From Cyanophora paradoxa CCMP329 (lineage: Eukaryota > Plantae > Glaucophyta): a DNA stretch of 64,000 nucleotides. Position numbers and translations under genes: made by a program. Each line of letters opens with the position of its first letter. Within the stretch, counting starts at the first letter, position 1. Under the pieces are notes generated by a model. That model had not been told where the DNA came from and made no database searches. It worked only from the letters and a program-made list of their open reading frames with translations. The DNA is taken from positions 1 through 64,000 of the forward strand of contig QPMI01000090.1 of the NCBI GenBank assembly GCA_004431415.1. Direction: 5' to 3'. Positions 43,281 through 56,100 of the stretch are shown one piece after another.

Positions 43281-44561
43281 ATGGCACCGTCGCCGAAGTC
43301 GACAGCGCCGCTGAGGCCCGCACCGCAGCCCGTCGCCCCAGCCCGCCTGCTCAGCGCTTCATTCAAGCACGTACGCATGGTAACGGCTGCACCGGGGGAG
43401 GCAAACCTGACACCTTCCGAGGCCCTACGAGGTGCATTGTACATGTGCACCGCCCGCGCCGGCCGCGGCCGGCGGCTGCTGCTGCCTCGTGCCGCGCTCT
43501 GGATAGATCCTGCGGAACCGACTGAGCGGCCGCTCGTACAGTGCTACTGGACAGAGCGCACCCGGCGTCTTATAAGTGTCCTTCCGGCCAGTCGCTCGTC
43601 CCGGTTCGTTCGGGCGCAGACCCCGCGGCGTGTACAGCTGCAGCCGTTAGCGCAATGCAAGCAGGCGCGGGCTATGGGATCAACGGGCGCGCTTAAAGTC
43701 ATGCAAGCTGGGCTTTGTTCTCAGCTCATGGAGCTTAGCTCGACGTCTGAGATTGCCGTCGCCGCCGCGCGTCCTCGCCAGCGCCCACGCCCACGCCCCC
43801 CGCCTGGGCCGGGGCCCTCTCCTAACGGGGTACGCCTGCCCCAGGTGGCGCGGTACCTCGACATCGACGCGACGTTGGCGGGCCCCGTGGACCACGACGA
43901 TGAGATCGTCGCCTTCTACTCGGTGGGCCCCTCTGATCCCCTCCCCGCCCCCTCCCCCCTTCCATCATCCCCCCGCCCCCTCCCCGCTCCCCCTTGCCCC
44001 ACTCGCCGCCCGCGCTCAGCTGCTCGCGCCAGGACCGGGCCGCGTGCTGCCCGCCGGGGGCCGAGACGGCCATCTATCGAGGGGGCGTGTCAAAGGTGCG
44101 GCAGGGCCTCCGGGGCCCGTTGCGGCGCCCTCGCGCGCGCCGCTCAATGTGCTCCGGGGCGGCAGGCCGGCGCGAGGCTGGCGTGCCACGGGCGCGGCTG
44201 GGAGGAGGACGTGCCGGGCTCCCTTGCGACGCCGGCGCCGGCGCCGCCGGTAAAGGCCGCCCCGCCCCCGGCGCACCCGGCGAGGCCCGCGGGGTGGGAT
44301 GCGGAGGCGCACGAGGGCCGAGCGCCGCGCCTCCGGGCCGGCGTCTTCCGGGCGTACGCGCTGGACTCCGACGGGGGCCGCTGCGACGAGGCGGCGGCCT
44401 GGGGCGGGGGCGACGCGGCCGCGGCCGGCCTGTCGGAGCTCCTGGCGGACTGCCCCGGCTGGGATGGCGCGCTTGAGGGGGAGGCCCTCGGGGTCGACGC
44501 AGAGGAAGCTGCGGGCCTGGCCATGGCCTGGCCTCTCGACCCGCTCGACTTGTTCCTGTAG
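43281..44561 (+). CDS. Hypothetical protein
   Basis: 426-aa ORF with intron-like C-rich inserts; no recognised domain. Confidence 0.4.
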   Translation: MAPSPKSTAPLRPAPQPVAPARLLSASFKHVRMVTAAPGEANLTPSEALRGALYMCTARAGRGRRLLLPRAALWIDPAEPTERPLVQCYWTERTRRLISVLPASRSSRFVRAQTPRRVQLQPLAQCKQARAMGSTGALKVMQAGLCSQLMELSSTSEIAVAAARPRQRPRPRPPPGPGPSPNGVRLPQVARYLDIDATLAGPVDHDDEIVAFYSVGPSDPLPAPSPLPSSPRPLPAPPCPTRRPRSAARARTGPRAARRGPRRPSIEGACQRCGRASGARCGALARAAQCAPGRQAGARLACHGRGWEEDVPGSLATPAPAPPVKAAPPPAHPARPAGWDAEAHEGRAPRLRAGVFRAYALDSDGGRCDEAAAWGGGDAAAAGLSELLADCPGWDGALEGEALGVDAEEAAGLAMAWPLDPLDLFL

Positions 44562-44789
44562 TCTACCCGCCCCCTCTGTCCCGCGATACCTGATACATGC
44601 ACTTTCACTTCGTACGGTAGCTGTAGGGTGCATCATGGCATTTCGAAATCATGTCACCATGTCAGCGGAGCACAGTACAGGTTAAGCACATGCACAGGGG
44701 CTAGGCCTGGTCGAAAGCCTCGGGCGAGGACAGCTGAGCGCGCGCGCGCGGGGGGCGCCGCGCGGGCCCGGGGCGCGCGTGTAGGCGGG

Positions 44790-46218
44790 TCACCAGCTGC
44801 GGGAGGGGGCGGCGGTGAGGGGTCGACGCCGGGGGGCCTCCTCGCCCGGGGCGGCGGGGCGGACCGCTTGATGAGGGAGAGGACCATCTCGAGGACCGCG
44901 AAGGGGCCCCGCGCCCGCCGCACCGACTTCGACTCGTTCCGCCGCTCTGCGGCAGGGTGCACCGCGTCGCGCTCCCGCCCGGGGTTACGGGGCCGGGTCG
45001 CGCGGACCGAGGATCGAATAGAGCGAGCGCCAGAGGCCGAGGACGAGGAAGGTGTAGACGGCCTGCCGGGGGTACCCCGTTCGGCGAAGGCGGACGCGGT
45101 GCGGGGGTAGGGCGGGGATTTACCGTCGCAATGAAGAAGGCTAGGGGCGGGGCGAGACAGGGAGCGGCGGGGTCAGAGCGGACGCGGATAGAAGGCGGGG
45201 CGAGGCGAGCGCACAAGTGGGCGGGGGGTGGCCGAGCTGCAGGGGCGGGGGCGGCGAAGGTGTAAGCTGAAGCAGATGGGGGGGAAGGAGGGGCGGGGGG
45301 CGGACCTGGACGGAGCGGAGGCCCATGCCGGCGAGGAGGGCGCCGGCGCCGGCGAGGCCCGTGTACTTCCCCACCCCGCCCCACGACGAGGTCGCCTGCG
45401 CGCGCCCACCCGGCCCGGCGTCACCGGCCGCGAGGCGGCGGCCTTCAGAGGGAGCAGCCGCTCGCCTCCGGCTTGTAGGCGCCTGCGGCGCGGGAAGCGT
45501 CAACGGGGAGCCGCGGGCGGGGTAACGAGAAGAGGTGAGCGGGGCGGACCAGTGAGCGGGGCGGAGAGGAACCAGCCGGCGACGAAGGGCGCCGCCGTCA
45601 CGAGCATATCGACGTCGGGGACCCACTGCGCTGTGCGTCGGACGGGGAGGACGCGCAGCGGCGCCACGGGCCCCGGCGCACGGTTCCAGCGTGGAAGCCA
45701 CGGCCGATGTACGCGAAAGAGAGGAACACAGACGCATCGCCGATGCCGAGGACGATGCGCCGGGTCAGCTCCTCGCCTGCGATCGGCGGCGGCGGTTGGC
45801 TGCGACTGTCGGCAGGGAGCGGCGAAGGGCTCCGCGGCAGCAGGCGGCGGCGGGCGAGCGAGCCAATCGCATGACGAACCTTCCGTGCGGCCGGTTGTCG
45901 CCACGCCGGCCATGTTCTGCCGAACAGTGAGATCCCGAGGCTAGCGCGTGGACGTGGACGCGCCTTCTTGTTCAGCTCCTTCATCGCGGGTGTTTCGATG
46001 TCGGGCTCCGCAGACGCGGACGGAGTGGTGGCTGGCTTGGCCTTCGACATGCTGGTGCGTACGGCCCGGAAGGTGCTAACGCGAGCGCCGACGAAGGAGC
46101 GCTCGAGCTTTCTGCTGGCAGAAGGGAGCGCTGGGCGGGCTGAGACACGTGCCTGGAAGCGGATCGGCGCTGCGTTGACGGGTGGGATAACAGAAACGAC
46201 CGTGCAGAAGCTAAGCAT
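44790..46218 (-). CDS. DUF3054-family membrane protein with plastid transit peptide
   Basis: MLSF... Ser/Arg-rich leader; GDASVFLSFAYIGRGFH, TAAPFVAGW, GMGLRSV and terminal GPFAVLEMVLSLIK..W* as in plant/algal homologs. Confidence 0.75.
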
Positions 46219-47059
46219 TCGTACACGCTGCAGTGCGGGCGAGGCACTTCGAATTCAGACCGCTCTGGAGTCTGGTCGGCAACGCAGTCGATCGACGCGA
46301 ACGCAGTCGACCTCCGGGTACCGGTATGTCGCTCGGTCAGGGATCCGGCGTCACCGAGCCGCGGGGAGTCCAAGCGCTACCGGGGTACACGTAGCAATAC
46401 ATACCCGGTACCTATATGGGGTACATATAGTGCGGCCCGCTCAAAACGTACCTCTGTTCCAATTCGTTAAAATCAACCAATGGCCAGATTCGATGGGGGG
46501 GTAGTACAGTACCGATTCCGGGAGCCTTCGTACCCGGGAGCCGCCTGCAGTCTGCAGAAAGCCGGAGCCCCTGGTTGCATCGATCACCGTGCTAGCTACA
46601 GTACTGGTGACGTGAGCTCGCGATAGCCGTCTTCGGACAAGCATCGATATCGCAGCAGCCGCGCGCGGCCCCCGCGCGCGTGTATATCGCGCCCGTGTTC
46701 GATTCAAGTACCTTTAGTAGGACGTTCCGAAGTTCGGAGCTGTTCTCGCCACGTGAGCCCGGAACGCGATACAGCTCGTTAGTCGCGTTCTCGAGTGACA
46801 TGCACAAGCCTCGAGCCCGCCGCCGCTTTGCGTGAGCCCGACCTCCGTGCGAGGCGATGCCTTTCGAAATCGACATTCTAAGGCAAGTCGCACAATATGC
46901 GTCAATGTTCTGCACTGAAAGATGCGCTCAGACGTGTGAGCAATGGGGATGTCGCGAAGTCGGGGTCCGTGTCGCTCGCAGGTGCGAACCGGCCCGAGCA
47001 CTCTTTTCTGCTTATTTGATCCGGTGTTAGGCGTCAAAGGGAGATGGGTGGAAGTGCCA

Positions 47060-50000
47060 ATGCGTCCTGGGCCGAACGGGATTGACGTCGTGCGCCCGGC
47101 TATCCGGACGTTAATCCCCGCGTATGACGCCCCGCCTGCAGACACTGGTTACGCTCCGGAGATACCTCATCGTTCTGAAGCCGGTACCGGGCCAAGAGGA
47201 GACGTTCACGAGTGATCTGGCGGCCATCGAGAACCGCTCGCTGACCATCACCCTCGGTGCGCCTCATCAGCCGCGATATGACGCCCGGGCTGATCGAGCG
47301 TTCCGCAGAGTACTGGGACGATACGGCTGCCGTGTCAGACGCGAAGCCGCTCCTGGTGTTCGAGTCTCCGTCTTCCTCCGGGCAGCCCGTGGACAAGAGC
47401 GACTGGCGCCGGTACAAAGGACAGGCGCAGGCGAGCGTGACGCTGCGCTTTTCCCGCCGCGGAGATGCGTCCGAATCCTTCGGCATACGCGCGACGAGCC
47501 ACCAGCACCAGGCAGGCGACGCCCGGCTTCGCGCGCCGCCGCTCGCCGCTGAGCTGCGCCCCGTTCGCGCCCGCAGGACCGGCGGTTCCGGCTGCGGATG
47601 CGGTGGGACGACTCGGGGGAGGACTTGTCGCCGCACGCGCCACTATGCGTGTTCAGCCGCTCGAAACGCTTCAGCCGCGCGAAGCAGTCGTCGGGGGCCA
47701 AAGGCAGCGGCGGCGAGGAGGGCGAGTCCGGTGAAGAGGAGCCCATGCCGCCCGCCGGCCCGCCCATCGGGGCTCTGCCCCGCCCGCTGCCCCCACCCCC
47801 CGCCCTCAACTCCAAAACCCTCGCCTCCGCGGCCCTTCCCCCCGGGGCCCATCCCCCCGGGGCACTCCCCCCGGGGGCCCTCCCCCCGGGGGCCCTCCCA
47901 CCGGGTGCCCTCCCACCGGGTGCCTTTCCCCAGACCCTCTCTGCCGGCGCGCTCCCCCGCATCGGCGAGATGCTGGCGAACGGCCTTGCGGCACGAGGCG
48001 GGGCCTCGCTGCTCCCCCCCGTGCTCGCGGGGCTGGGCCACGGCCCCGTGCCCCTCGTGGCCCTCACGGTCGGCTCCGTGCCCTACGCCGCCGTCCTGCA
48101 GCAGCAGCCCGAGCACCCCGGGCCCTTCCCCGTCTACCCCCTCCGCCCTCCCCCCGTCCCCGGCGCCGCCCCCTCGCCCGGCCCCTCGGACGGCGCCGCC
48201 GACGGCCAGCCGGCGGCGAAGCGGGCGCGGGGCGGGCATGCGGCGGGCCTGCCGGCGGCGCTGCCGCTGCCGCCCCCGCTCCCCAACCAGCCGCGCTCCG
48301 CCGAAGGCTCCTACTTCGGGAACGTGAGCCCCCTCCTCCCCGAGTTCCGGTGCGCGCTTCGGGGCGCGGGGTGCCGCGCCGGCGGCCGGCGAGCGCGGGC
48401 GGGGGGCGGCAGGGAGTGGATCGGGGGCCTCTCCTCGCCGAGCTCGCAGTCCACCCAGCAGGCCCTCGTCCAGACCGAGCAGCTCCTCGCGTGCGCCCCC
48501 GGCCCGCCCGCCCTCCCTCCCCGGCCGGCGCCGCCCGGCCCCGAGCCCGCCCCGCCCGCCCCGTCCGGCAGGAACATCGAGGCGCTCAAGGTGCCGGAAA
48601 GCGGCGGCACCCCAGGGGCCGGCCCCGTCGACCGCGACATCCGCGGGGTACGCAGTGGCGGCCCGCCGCCCGCCGGCCCGCCCGACACGGCGGCGCGCGC
48701 AGGCGGAGGAGCTGCTGACGCTGTACCGACCGCTGAGCATCCCGTCGGGAATCCGGGGCGCGGCAGCGCTCTCGGCGCGGGTGCAGCGGGGCCTGCCCGT
48801 CTCCTCGCTCCGCATCGCCGACGAGTCCCTCCGCGCCGGCGTCCTCCCCCTCGTCCGAAACGCGCGCCCGCCCCCGCCCGCCTCCACACGCCCCCCACCG
48901 CCGTCGGCCTGACGCGCCGGCAGCTCCTCGGGCGGGGTCTGGACTGGCTGCGCCGGGGCGGGCCCCGCGGCGCCGACGCCGAGGCCGGCCTGCGCGACTG
49001 GCGCCAGGCGCGCGGGGGCCCGCTCTGGCTCTGGGCCCTGCAGCCGGCGCTGACCCCGCTGCCGCAGCTGGTGGAGGTGCTCTCGGACCCGCGGGTGCTG
49101 GACACGCCGCTCTACGCGACGCGGGCCGGGCGCTGCCTCGCCTTCCGCGCCGTCGCCGGCATCCGCTCCGTCTCCCGCTCCCACTCTGTGGTGCGCGGCG
49201 GCCGGCGACCCTCCTCCCGCCCCGCGCTCACGGCGGCGCAGGCCTGCTCCGTCGCCTGGACCCTCGTTGACGCCCTCACCCACCTGCGCGCCCCGCCCCG
49301 CCCCGCCCCGCCCTTTCCTCGTCGCCCCCACCCCATCTTACCCGCCCCGCCCCGCTCTCTCGCCAGAGCCGACGGGCCCAAAACGCTGTGCGCGCCGCCG
49401 CCCCGCGCCGGCCCCCGCGCGCGCCTTGACGCGGTGCGGGCAGGGAGGAGTCGCGGTGGATCTGCCGCGCCTGCTGGAGCGTCGCGGAGGCCTACAGCGA
49501 CGTCGTGCGCCCCCGCCCGCCCCCGCCTCGCCCCGAGGCCCGCTCCTCACCGCCGCCGCAGAACATCATATCCTCCCCGGACCTCTTCCTCATCGGGACG
49601 GACGGTTCGGGCCCTGCAGCGCGGCCCCTCGGCCCCCGCGGGGATGCGGTCGCGCTGGGGCCGACGCGGGCGGGCAGACCTGGACCTCGTGCTAGACCGG
49701 GCGCTGGCGGTGGCGCGGGCGGCGGCGCAGCGCGACCCCGAGCTCCTCGCCACCGCCCTCTACTGGCGCGCCCGCGGCTGCCGCCACCTGCGCCGCGACG
49801 AGGACGCCGGTGCCGCCCCCGCCCCCGCCACTCGCGCGCCGGGCTGGGCCGAGGGGCCGAGGGGGCGGGCGGGGCGGCAGAGGCGGCGCTGGAGGAGGCG
49901 CTGTCAGTGGTGGCGCGGCACGGGATCGCCCCCTCGCGCACCGAGTCCGCCGTCCTCCGCGAGCTCTACGACGTCGCATGTCCGCCCACCCACGCCCCGC

Positions 50001-51409
50001 CCCGGGCCCCGCCCCGGGCTGACGGCGCGGGCTGACGGCGCACGGGGGCGGCAGGGACGCTGCGGCGGCCGCCGGCGGTGGTGCGCGCCATCGCCGACCG
50101 CCTCTACTGGTTCACCGAGGAGGAGGAGGACCGCCTCCAGGTGCGCGGGGCCCACGCCCCGCCACGCCCCGCCCCGCCCCGCCGACGCGGCCCGCAGGAG
50201 GCCATGACGTGCGTCACGCTCGTCAAGTGCGCCCCCGTGGACGCCTCGCGCTCCGACGTGCGCCGCCCCGTCCCGCCCGCCCGCCCCCGCGCCCCGCGCC
50301 CTCCCGAGCCCGGCGTCCCCAGATCCTTTTCGAGGCGAACCGTGCGCGGGACATCGTCAAGGCGCTGAGCCCTGAATACGTGCGCCCTGGCCCGCCCCGG
50401 GCGGCGGGGCCTCGGCCCACCTCGCGGGGGCGGGCGGGCAGGGCCACTGCTACATGCTCAACGTCCTCCTCAACATCTTCTCCATCCACATCTTCAACCG
50501 TGCGCCCCGCCCCGCCCCGCCCCGCCCCGCCCCGCCCCGGCCCGCGCCCCCTGACGCCCCCCGGGCAGGGAGCTACACGGAGGCGCTGGCGGTGTACCGC
50601 GAGTGGGTGGACTTCTGCGCGTCGGACCCGTCCCGCGTCGCCAGCCCCAACGCCGACTGGGCCAACGCGCGCCCCGCCCCCGCCCCCGCCCCCGACCGCG
50701 CGGGGGCCGCGCGGTGACGGGGCGGGGCGGGGGCGCAGTTCCTGCGGCCGGTGTGGGCGCGCTCGTACCGCGTCTCCGAGTTCTACCGCCTCGCCCGCCT
50801 CCTCATCACCCTCCACCGCGCCGTCGACCCCGAGTCCGCCCCGCCGCCTCCCCCCCTCGCCCCCCGGCCTCACGGGCGCGCAGGGACCGCTGCCCCGTGC
50901 TGCCGCACCTCCTCTTCGTCTACGGCGACATCCTCCTCTTCGACGAGCAGGTTCGAGTCCCCCCGGGGGCGTTTGTTTCTCTTCCGCGGGGCCCTGAGCG
51001 GGGCCGCCGCCGGCAGCCGGCCGCCGCCGCCTCCGCTCTCTCCCAGAGCCTCTCGGTGCGCGCCGCGCCCCGCCCCGCCCCCCCGCGCCGGCCTGAGGGC
51101 CCCCGGGGCGGGCAGCTGTACGAGCAGAAGTTCGGGGACTTCTTCCCCCCCGACTCGCCGCGGATCCGCGCCGTGAGCCGCTCCCTGGAGCGCGCCCTCG
51201 CCCGCTGCTCGGCCACCCCGCCCTCCACCTCCTCCCCCGCCAGCACCGTCGTCGGCCCCAGCGCCGCCCCGGCCGCCCCTGCCCCGCCCCCCCCCGGCCC
51301 CGGCCCCGGCCCGCCCCGCTGGCCCCGCCCCGGCCGCCGCCCAGCCCGCCCCCAACTCGAACGGTCCCCACTCCGACTCCCACGCCCCGCACCTCGCAGT
51401 CGTGACCTG
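47060..51409 (+). CDS. Large hypothetical protein: beta-rich N-domain, Pro-rich linker, helical/TPR-like C-terminus; multi-exon
   Basis: Many consistent exons with short GT/GC-AG introns (e.g. HCYMLNVLLNIFSIHIFN, YRVSEFYRLARLLITLH). Start approximate. Confidence 0.55.
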
Positions 51410-51527
51410 AGGCCTCTGTGCCCGACTCGTGTGCCAGCCTGACAGCGCTTTCATCGGCCCCCCGCGCGCAGCGCTTGCGTGCACGAACGTGCGCGTTGCA
51501 GCAACTGGCCATGCACGTGGGAGGGCC

Positions 51528-53096
51528 TCAGCCGGGGCCCCCGGGCGGCCCGGGGTCCTTGACGATGTAGTCCCCCGCGCGGGCGTGCTTGGGCGTGAAG
51601 CGCAGCCGCGGGTTCGAGCGGTACCTGCGCACGGGCCCGGGGCGCCGATTAAGGCTCGGGCCGAGAGCCGGGGCGGGGCGGCGCGAAGCGGGGCGGGGCG
51701 GGGCGGGCCGGTGCTGGATGAAGGCCCACTGGAAGGCGAAGAGGAAGAGGAGGTTCGCCAGCGGGGCCCCCGGCGCCGGCGCCGGCCCCTCCCCGAGCCG
51801 CTCCGCCCGCTGCCGCCGCCGCCGGCGTCGGGGAGGCGGGGGCGGGCGAGGGGGCCCGGGCTCGGGGGCGGCACCTCGCGGTAGAAGTGGTAGATCGCCT
51901 CGATGGTCGCCAGGCCGTGCTCTCCCACCCGCTGGTGCCTGCGGGGGTACAGCGCTCGACAGGAGGGGGTACAGCGACAAGGCGAGGGGCAACGCGCGCC
52001 GCCAGAAGAGCGTCCGCTGGTCGGCGATGCGGACGCGGCGCAGGGCGGCCAGGCGCGGGTCCGTCACGATCGCGTGCGCCTGCCGCCCCTCAGCCGCGGG
52101 CGGGGGTACCCCGTTCTGGGCGGCCGGGGGTACCTGGTTCCAGGTGCAGTCGACGACGAGCACGCGCTCGTACGAGCGGAGCTCCTCGAGGGACATCTCC
52201 TCCATCGAGACCGCCTCCTGCGGGGTACAGGTTGACTCGGTCGGTGGTGGGGGGAGGGGGGGAGGGGGTACGCGGCGTTCGGACCGGGGAGGGGAAGAGG
52301 AGGAGAACGCGGGAGGGGTCGTCGTACTGGGGGACCTGCGGGGACACGTGAGGCATCGACCGGCAGCGGGGTACGGGGTCGCGCGCCTCCTCCGGGAAGG
52401 TGTAGAGGGAGACGCGGCCCGGGCAGAGGACCTGAGGCGGGCGGGCGGGGCGGCTCGCGCGGGGGGCGGGGCGGCGGGGCGCGGGGGCGCTTTGCGCCTG
52501 CGCGTGGACGGCGGTACTTTTCCCCCGGAGCTCCTGCCAGTGCTGCACGCTGCCGGGCCCGTCGCGCCGGGCGGCGGCGGCGGCGCGGCGCGGCAGCAGC
52601 ACAGCGTACACGTCGAGGTGGATGGGGAGTTGGACGCTGGGAATGAGCTCCGCGGCCCGCGGGGCGTCCTCCGGCGCTAGGAGGACCTGCGCGCGCGGCT
52701 CGATCGCGCGGCAGGGCCGGCGCCGGGCCCCGCTCGGGCGACGGGCCTTGCAGCACGTGTAGCAGTAGTACTTCCTTTGCGCGCCTACCGCCACTTGTAA
52801 GCGAGCGCTCGCGGGGCCCGCAGCGCGGTCGCACCGCAGGTGTCGCACTGGACGCGCCTTCGGAGCGAGCGGGTGGCGGAGTCAGTGCGGAAGAGCGCGC
52901 TAGCTACGCGGAGATCTAGATGCGCGCTGCTACAAGCGCACTTTCCGGCCCGGAAGAGGGGATCGCGCGGCCAGATCCCTAGCGCATCAAAGGGGTCACC
53001 CGGGATGCGCGGCGCCTCGGCGGGCGACTCGTCCTCGCTGCTGGAGCTCGAGCTCGAGCTGGACGGCTGCGGGAGCGCCAGGAGGTCGTCGTCCAT
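51528..53096 (-). CDS. DTWD1: tRNA-uridine aminocarboxypropyltransferase 1 (DTW domain protein 1)
   Basis: C..C..RKYYCYTC, H..E..GKSTAVHA, LLLFP, VVDCTWNQ, TLFWR, LATIEAIY and NLLFLF motifs. Confidence 0.88.
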
Positions 53097-53187
53097 CGCC
53101 CGGGGTATACGTCTATCCTGAAGTCGATGTTTGGCAAGCCAGGCAGCTAGCTGCAGCACAGCAGCACGCTCGCTCCGAGCTTTTCAG

Positions 53188-56100
53188 ATGGGTGGCTGCT
53201 GCAAGAGGCCCGCCGCGCAGGTGCGCGAGCGCCAGCGCGCTGCGCATGCGCAACGCCCATCGACGCTGGCACCCCGGCAGGCCGCGGGCGGCGCGCCGTC
53301 GCGGGTGCCGCAGCGACCACCCGCAGCGCCGCCCGTGTCGCCCGGAGACGTGCGCGTTGTCGTAACGCCTGCAGCTAGTGGCGCCGGCGCCGGCGTCGGC
53401 GGCGCGCCGCGACCGCCGAGGCGGCTGCCGGAGCTGCCGCGGTACTTTGCGGAGGAGCCGGCGCACGAGCTCGCCTTCGCGGCCGACGACGCCGACGCGC
53501 TGCAGTCGGTGCGCCGCCGCGCCGCCGCCGCCGCGCCGGCGGCCTCGCGCAGCCCCACGCTCGTGGTGCCGCGCAGATCGTCGCACGCCCCGGGCTAGAG
53601 GACAAGCTCACGGATCACGCCCTCGGCAGCGCCGGCCCGCCGTCCTCGCCCTCCTCCCGCCCAGGGCGCCGCCGGAAGCATCGCCGGCGGGCCGGGGCGG
53701 GGCGCTGCCGCTGCCGCCGCAGCCAGGCGGGGACGAGGGCGTCTGGGGAGCTACGGCCGCCCTCCGACGCTGGGTCGCCTCCTTCCGCGACAAGTACCCC
53801 AGGCGCCCGCCCCGCCGCCCTCCCGCCCGCACCCACGAGGGCGCCCTCACGGCCGGCCGCGCGGCGCGCAGGGCGCTCGCCGTGTTCCGGCGGGCGACGC
53901 GCGCCCTGCCGGACACGTGCGACGCGCCGCTCGTCCTCCGCGGCGTCCTCGCCGAGCTGCTGCGCGCCGCGGAGGGGTACGCCCCCGCCGCCGACGCGCC
54001 CCGCGAGGCGCGCGAGGCCCTACCCCCCATCGAGGACGGGGCCCACTTCGGTTCGCCACGGCGCCGACTTGAATTGAATTTCAACCCGGCGTCGAACGCG
54101 CGCCGCAGGGGCGCTCCTGGCCGACGTGTGTACCCTCTTCCCGGACGAGGAGCCGCGGTCCATCGTCGTCGTCATCGACGGCTGGTGATGTACCCCCTCG
54201 CTTCCTCCCTAGAACTCCATCTCAATGAGGTTACAGGTCCGAGCTGCGGGTCGGAGGCGGGTGGGGAGACGACGGCGAGGAGGATGGGGGGGACGGAGCG
54301 TCGGAGGGGGTACCCCTCGCCCTCCCGGCGGACCTGCCGCCCCGCGTGCGGCTCGTGGTCTCCTTGAAAGAAGGTACGGCCCCGCGCCCTCCTCCGATCC
54401 CGACCTAATCCGCCCCTGTAGACGCCCAGCGCGGCGCCGGGGCGGAGGGCGCCGCGGAGCTGGAGCTGGGCCCCCTGCAGCCGGCCCAGGTGCCCCCGCA
54501 CCCGCGCCGGCGCCGAGCCTCGCGCTCCGCAGCGCACGGAACCTCGCGCGCCGCAGCGTGCGGAGGTGGCGAGGCGCGCCGCGCAGCTCCTCGCCGCGGC
54601 CTCCCCGCAGGCCGCCCCCGCGATCAAGGGCCTCGTGCGCTCCCTCCCGTCGTGCACCGCCCGCCCCGCGCCGCTCACGGGGCCAGGCGGAGCGGGCGGC
54701 GGGGCACGCCGGGGCGGGCCGCCCCGCCTTCCTCTGCGCCCTCCTCGACGCCTGCGCCGCCGCCGCCGCCGTGCGCCGCGCCCGCCGCCCCGCCGTCCCC
54801 CCGCGGGGCGGCTGATGCCCCGGGCAGCCCGGGGCGCCCGGGGAGGCGATGCTGGACACCTTCCGCCTCCTCCAGGCGCACCGCGCCCCGCCCCGCGTCC
54901 CGCGCCCCGCGCCCCGCGGCGCCCTTTGCACCGGCGCCCTCTGACGGAGCGGGGCGGGGCGCAGGGGGCGGGCTCGGTGGAGGGCCTGCTGGACCGTGCC
55001 CTCGCCCTCCAGGGCGGCGCCCCGGTGCCCCGCCCCCTCCCGCGCCCCGCCGGCCCCTCACGCGCTCGCGGCAGGCGCTGGCGGCGCTGGCGTGCAGCCC
55101 GACGGCCTCCTCCCCGCCGAGGCCGTCGTCCGCCCCGCCCCCCGCCCGTTCGCTCGCTTCTTTGACCGCCGGGGCGGCGGCAGGAGGCGGCGGGGGCGGC
55201 GGGGTGGGGGCAGCTGCGCGCGACGACGCTGCTGCGCTCGCAGCTGGCGGCCCTCGCGGGGGGCCGCCTCGCCCTCGCCGCCCGCCCCGCCCGCGAGGTC
55301 CTTTCCCCACCTCGCACCCGACCGCGCGCGCTCTGCCCTGCTCGGGTCTGACGCTGGCGGGCGGCAGGTGGCGCTGCGGGCGGTGCGGCACAACGCGGGG
55401 AGCGCTGCGCGCTGCACCGCCGCCTCGCCGCCCTGCGCGCCGCCGCCGCCCTCGCCGAGCCGGCCGCCGCCCCCGCCCACCTCCGCGCCCGCCTCCGCCA
55501 CCTCTTCTCCGTGCGCCCCCGCCCCCGGGCCCCTCGCGCCTTCAAAATTTGATCTCCTGGTGCCGCGCCGGTTGCCACAGGCTGCCCGGGCGGCGCTTGA
55601 CGATCCCTCCGACGGCCCCGCCCGCCTCGAGACCGCCCTCGGTGCCCTACCCCCGCCCCGGGCAGGCGTGCCCTTGTCGACGCCTGCGGGTCGGGCAGCG
55701 CTGTGCGAGGCGGTGTACCACGGACGGGGCCTGGCGGGGCGGCTGGATGCGCGGGGCCACGGGCCGCCGCCGGCCTTCGAGCGGGCCGCCGACGACTTCC
55801 TCCGCGCCTCCGCCCAGCGCCTGCCCCGGGTCCCGGCCCCTCGCCCCCGCCCCGCCCCTTGCCTCCTTCTGATCTTACAGGCGCAGGTGGCGGAGGCGCT
55901 GGAGGGGCGGGTGCGGGCCCTCGGGGAGACCCGCGCGAGCGCCGCCGCCGGGGCCCTCTTCTTCGCCCAGGCGCGCCCGGCCCCTCCCCTCGGCCCCGCG
56001 CCCCGCCCGCGCCCTCCGAGAGGCGTCGCCTCGCGGCAGCTCGGGCGCTTCGACCTCGCGCGCCGCCTCTACGACCAGGCCCGCCCCGCCCCGCCGCCCG

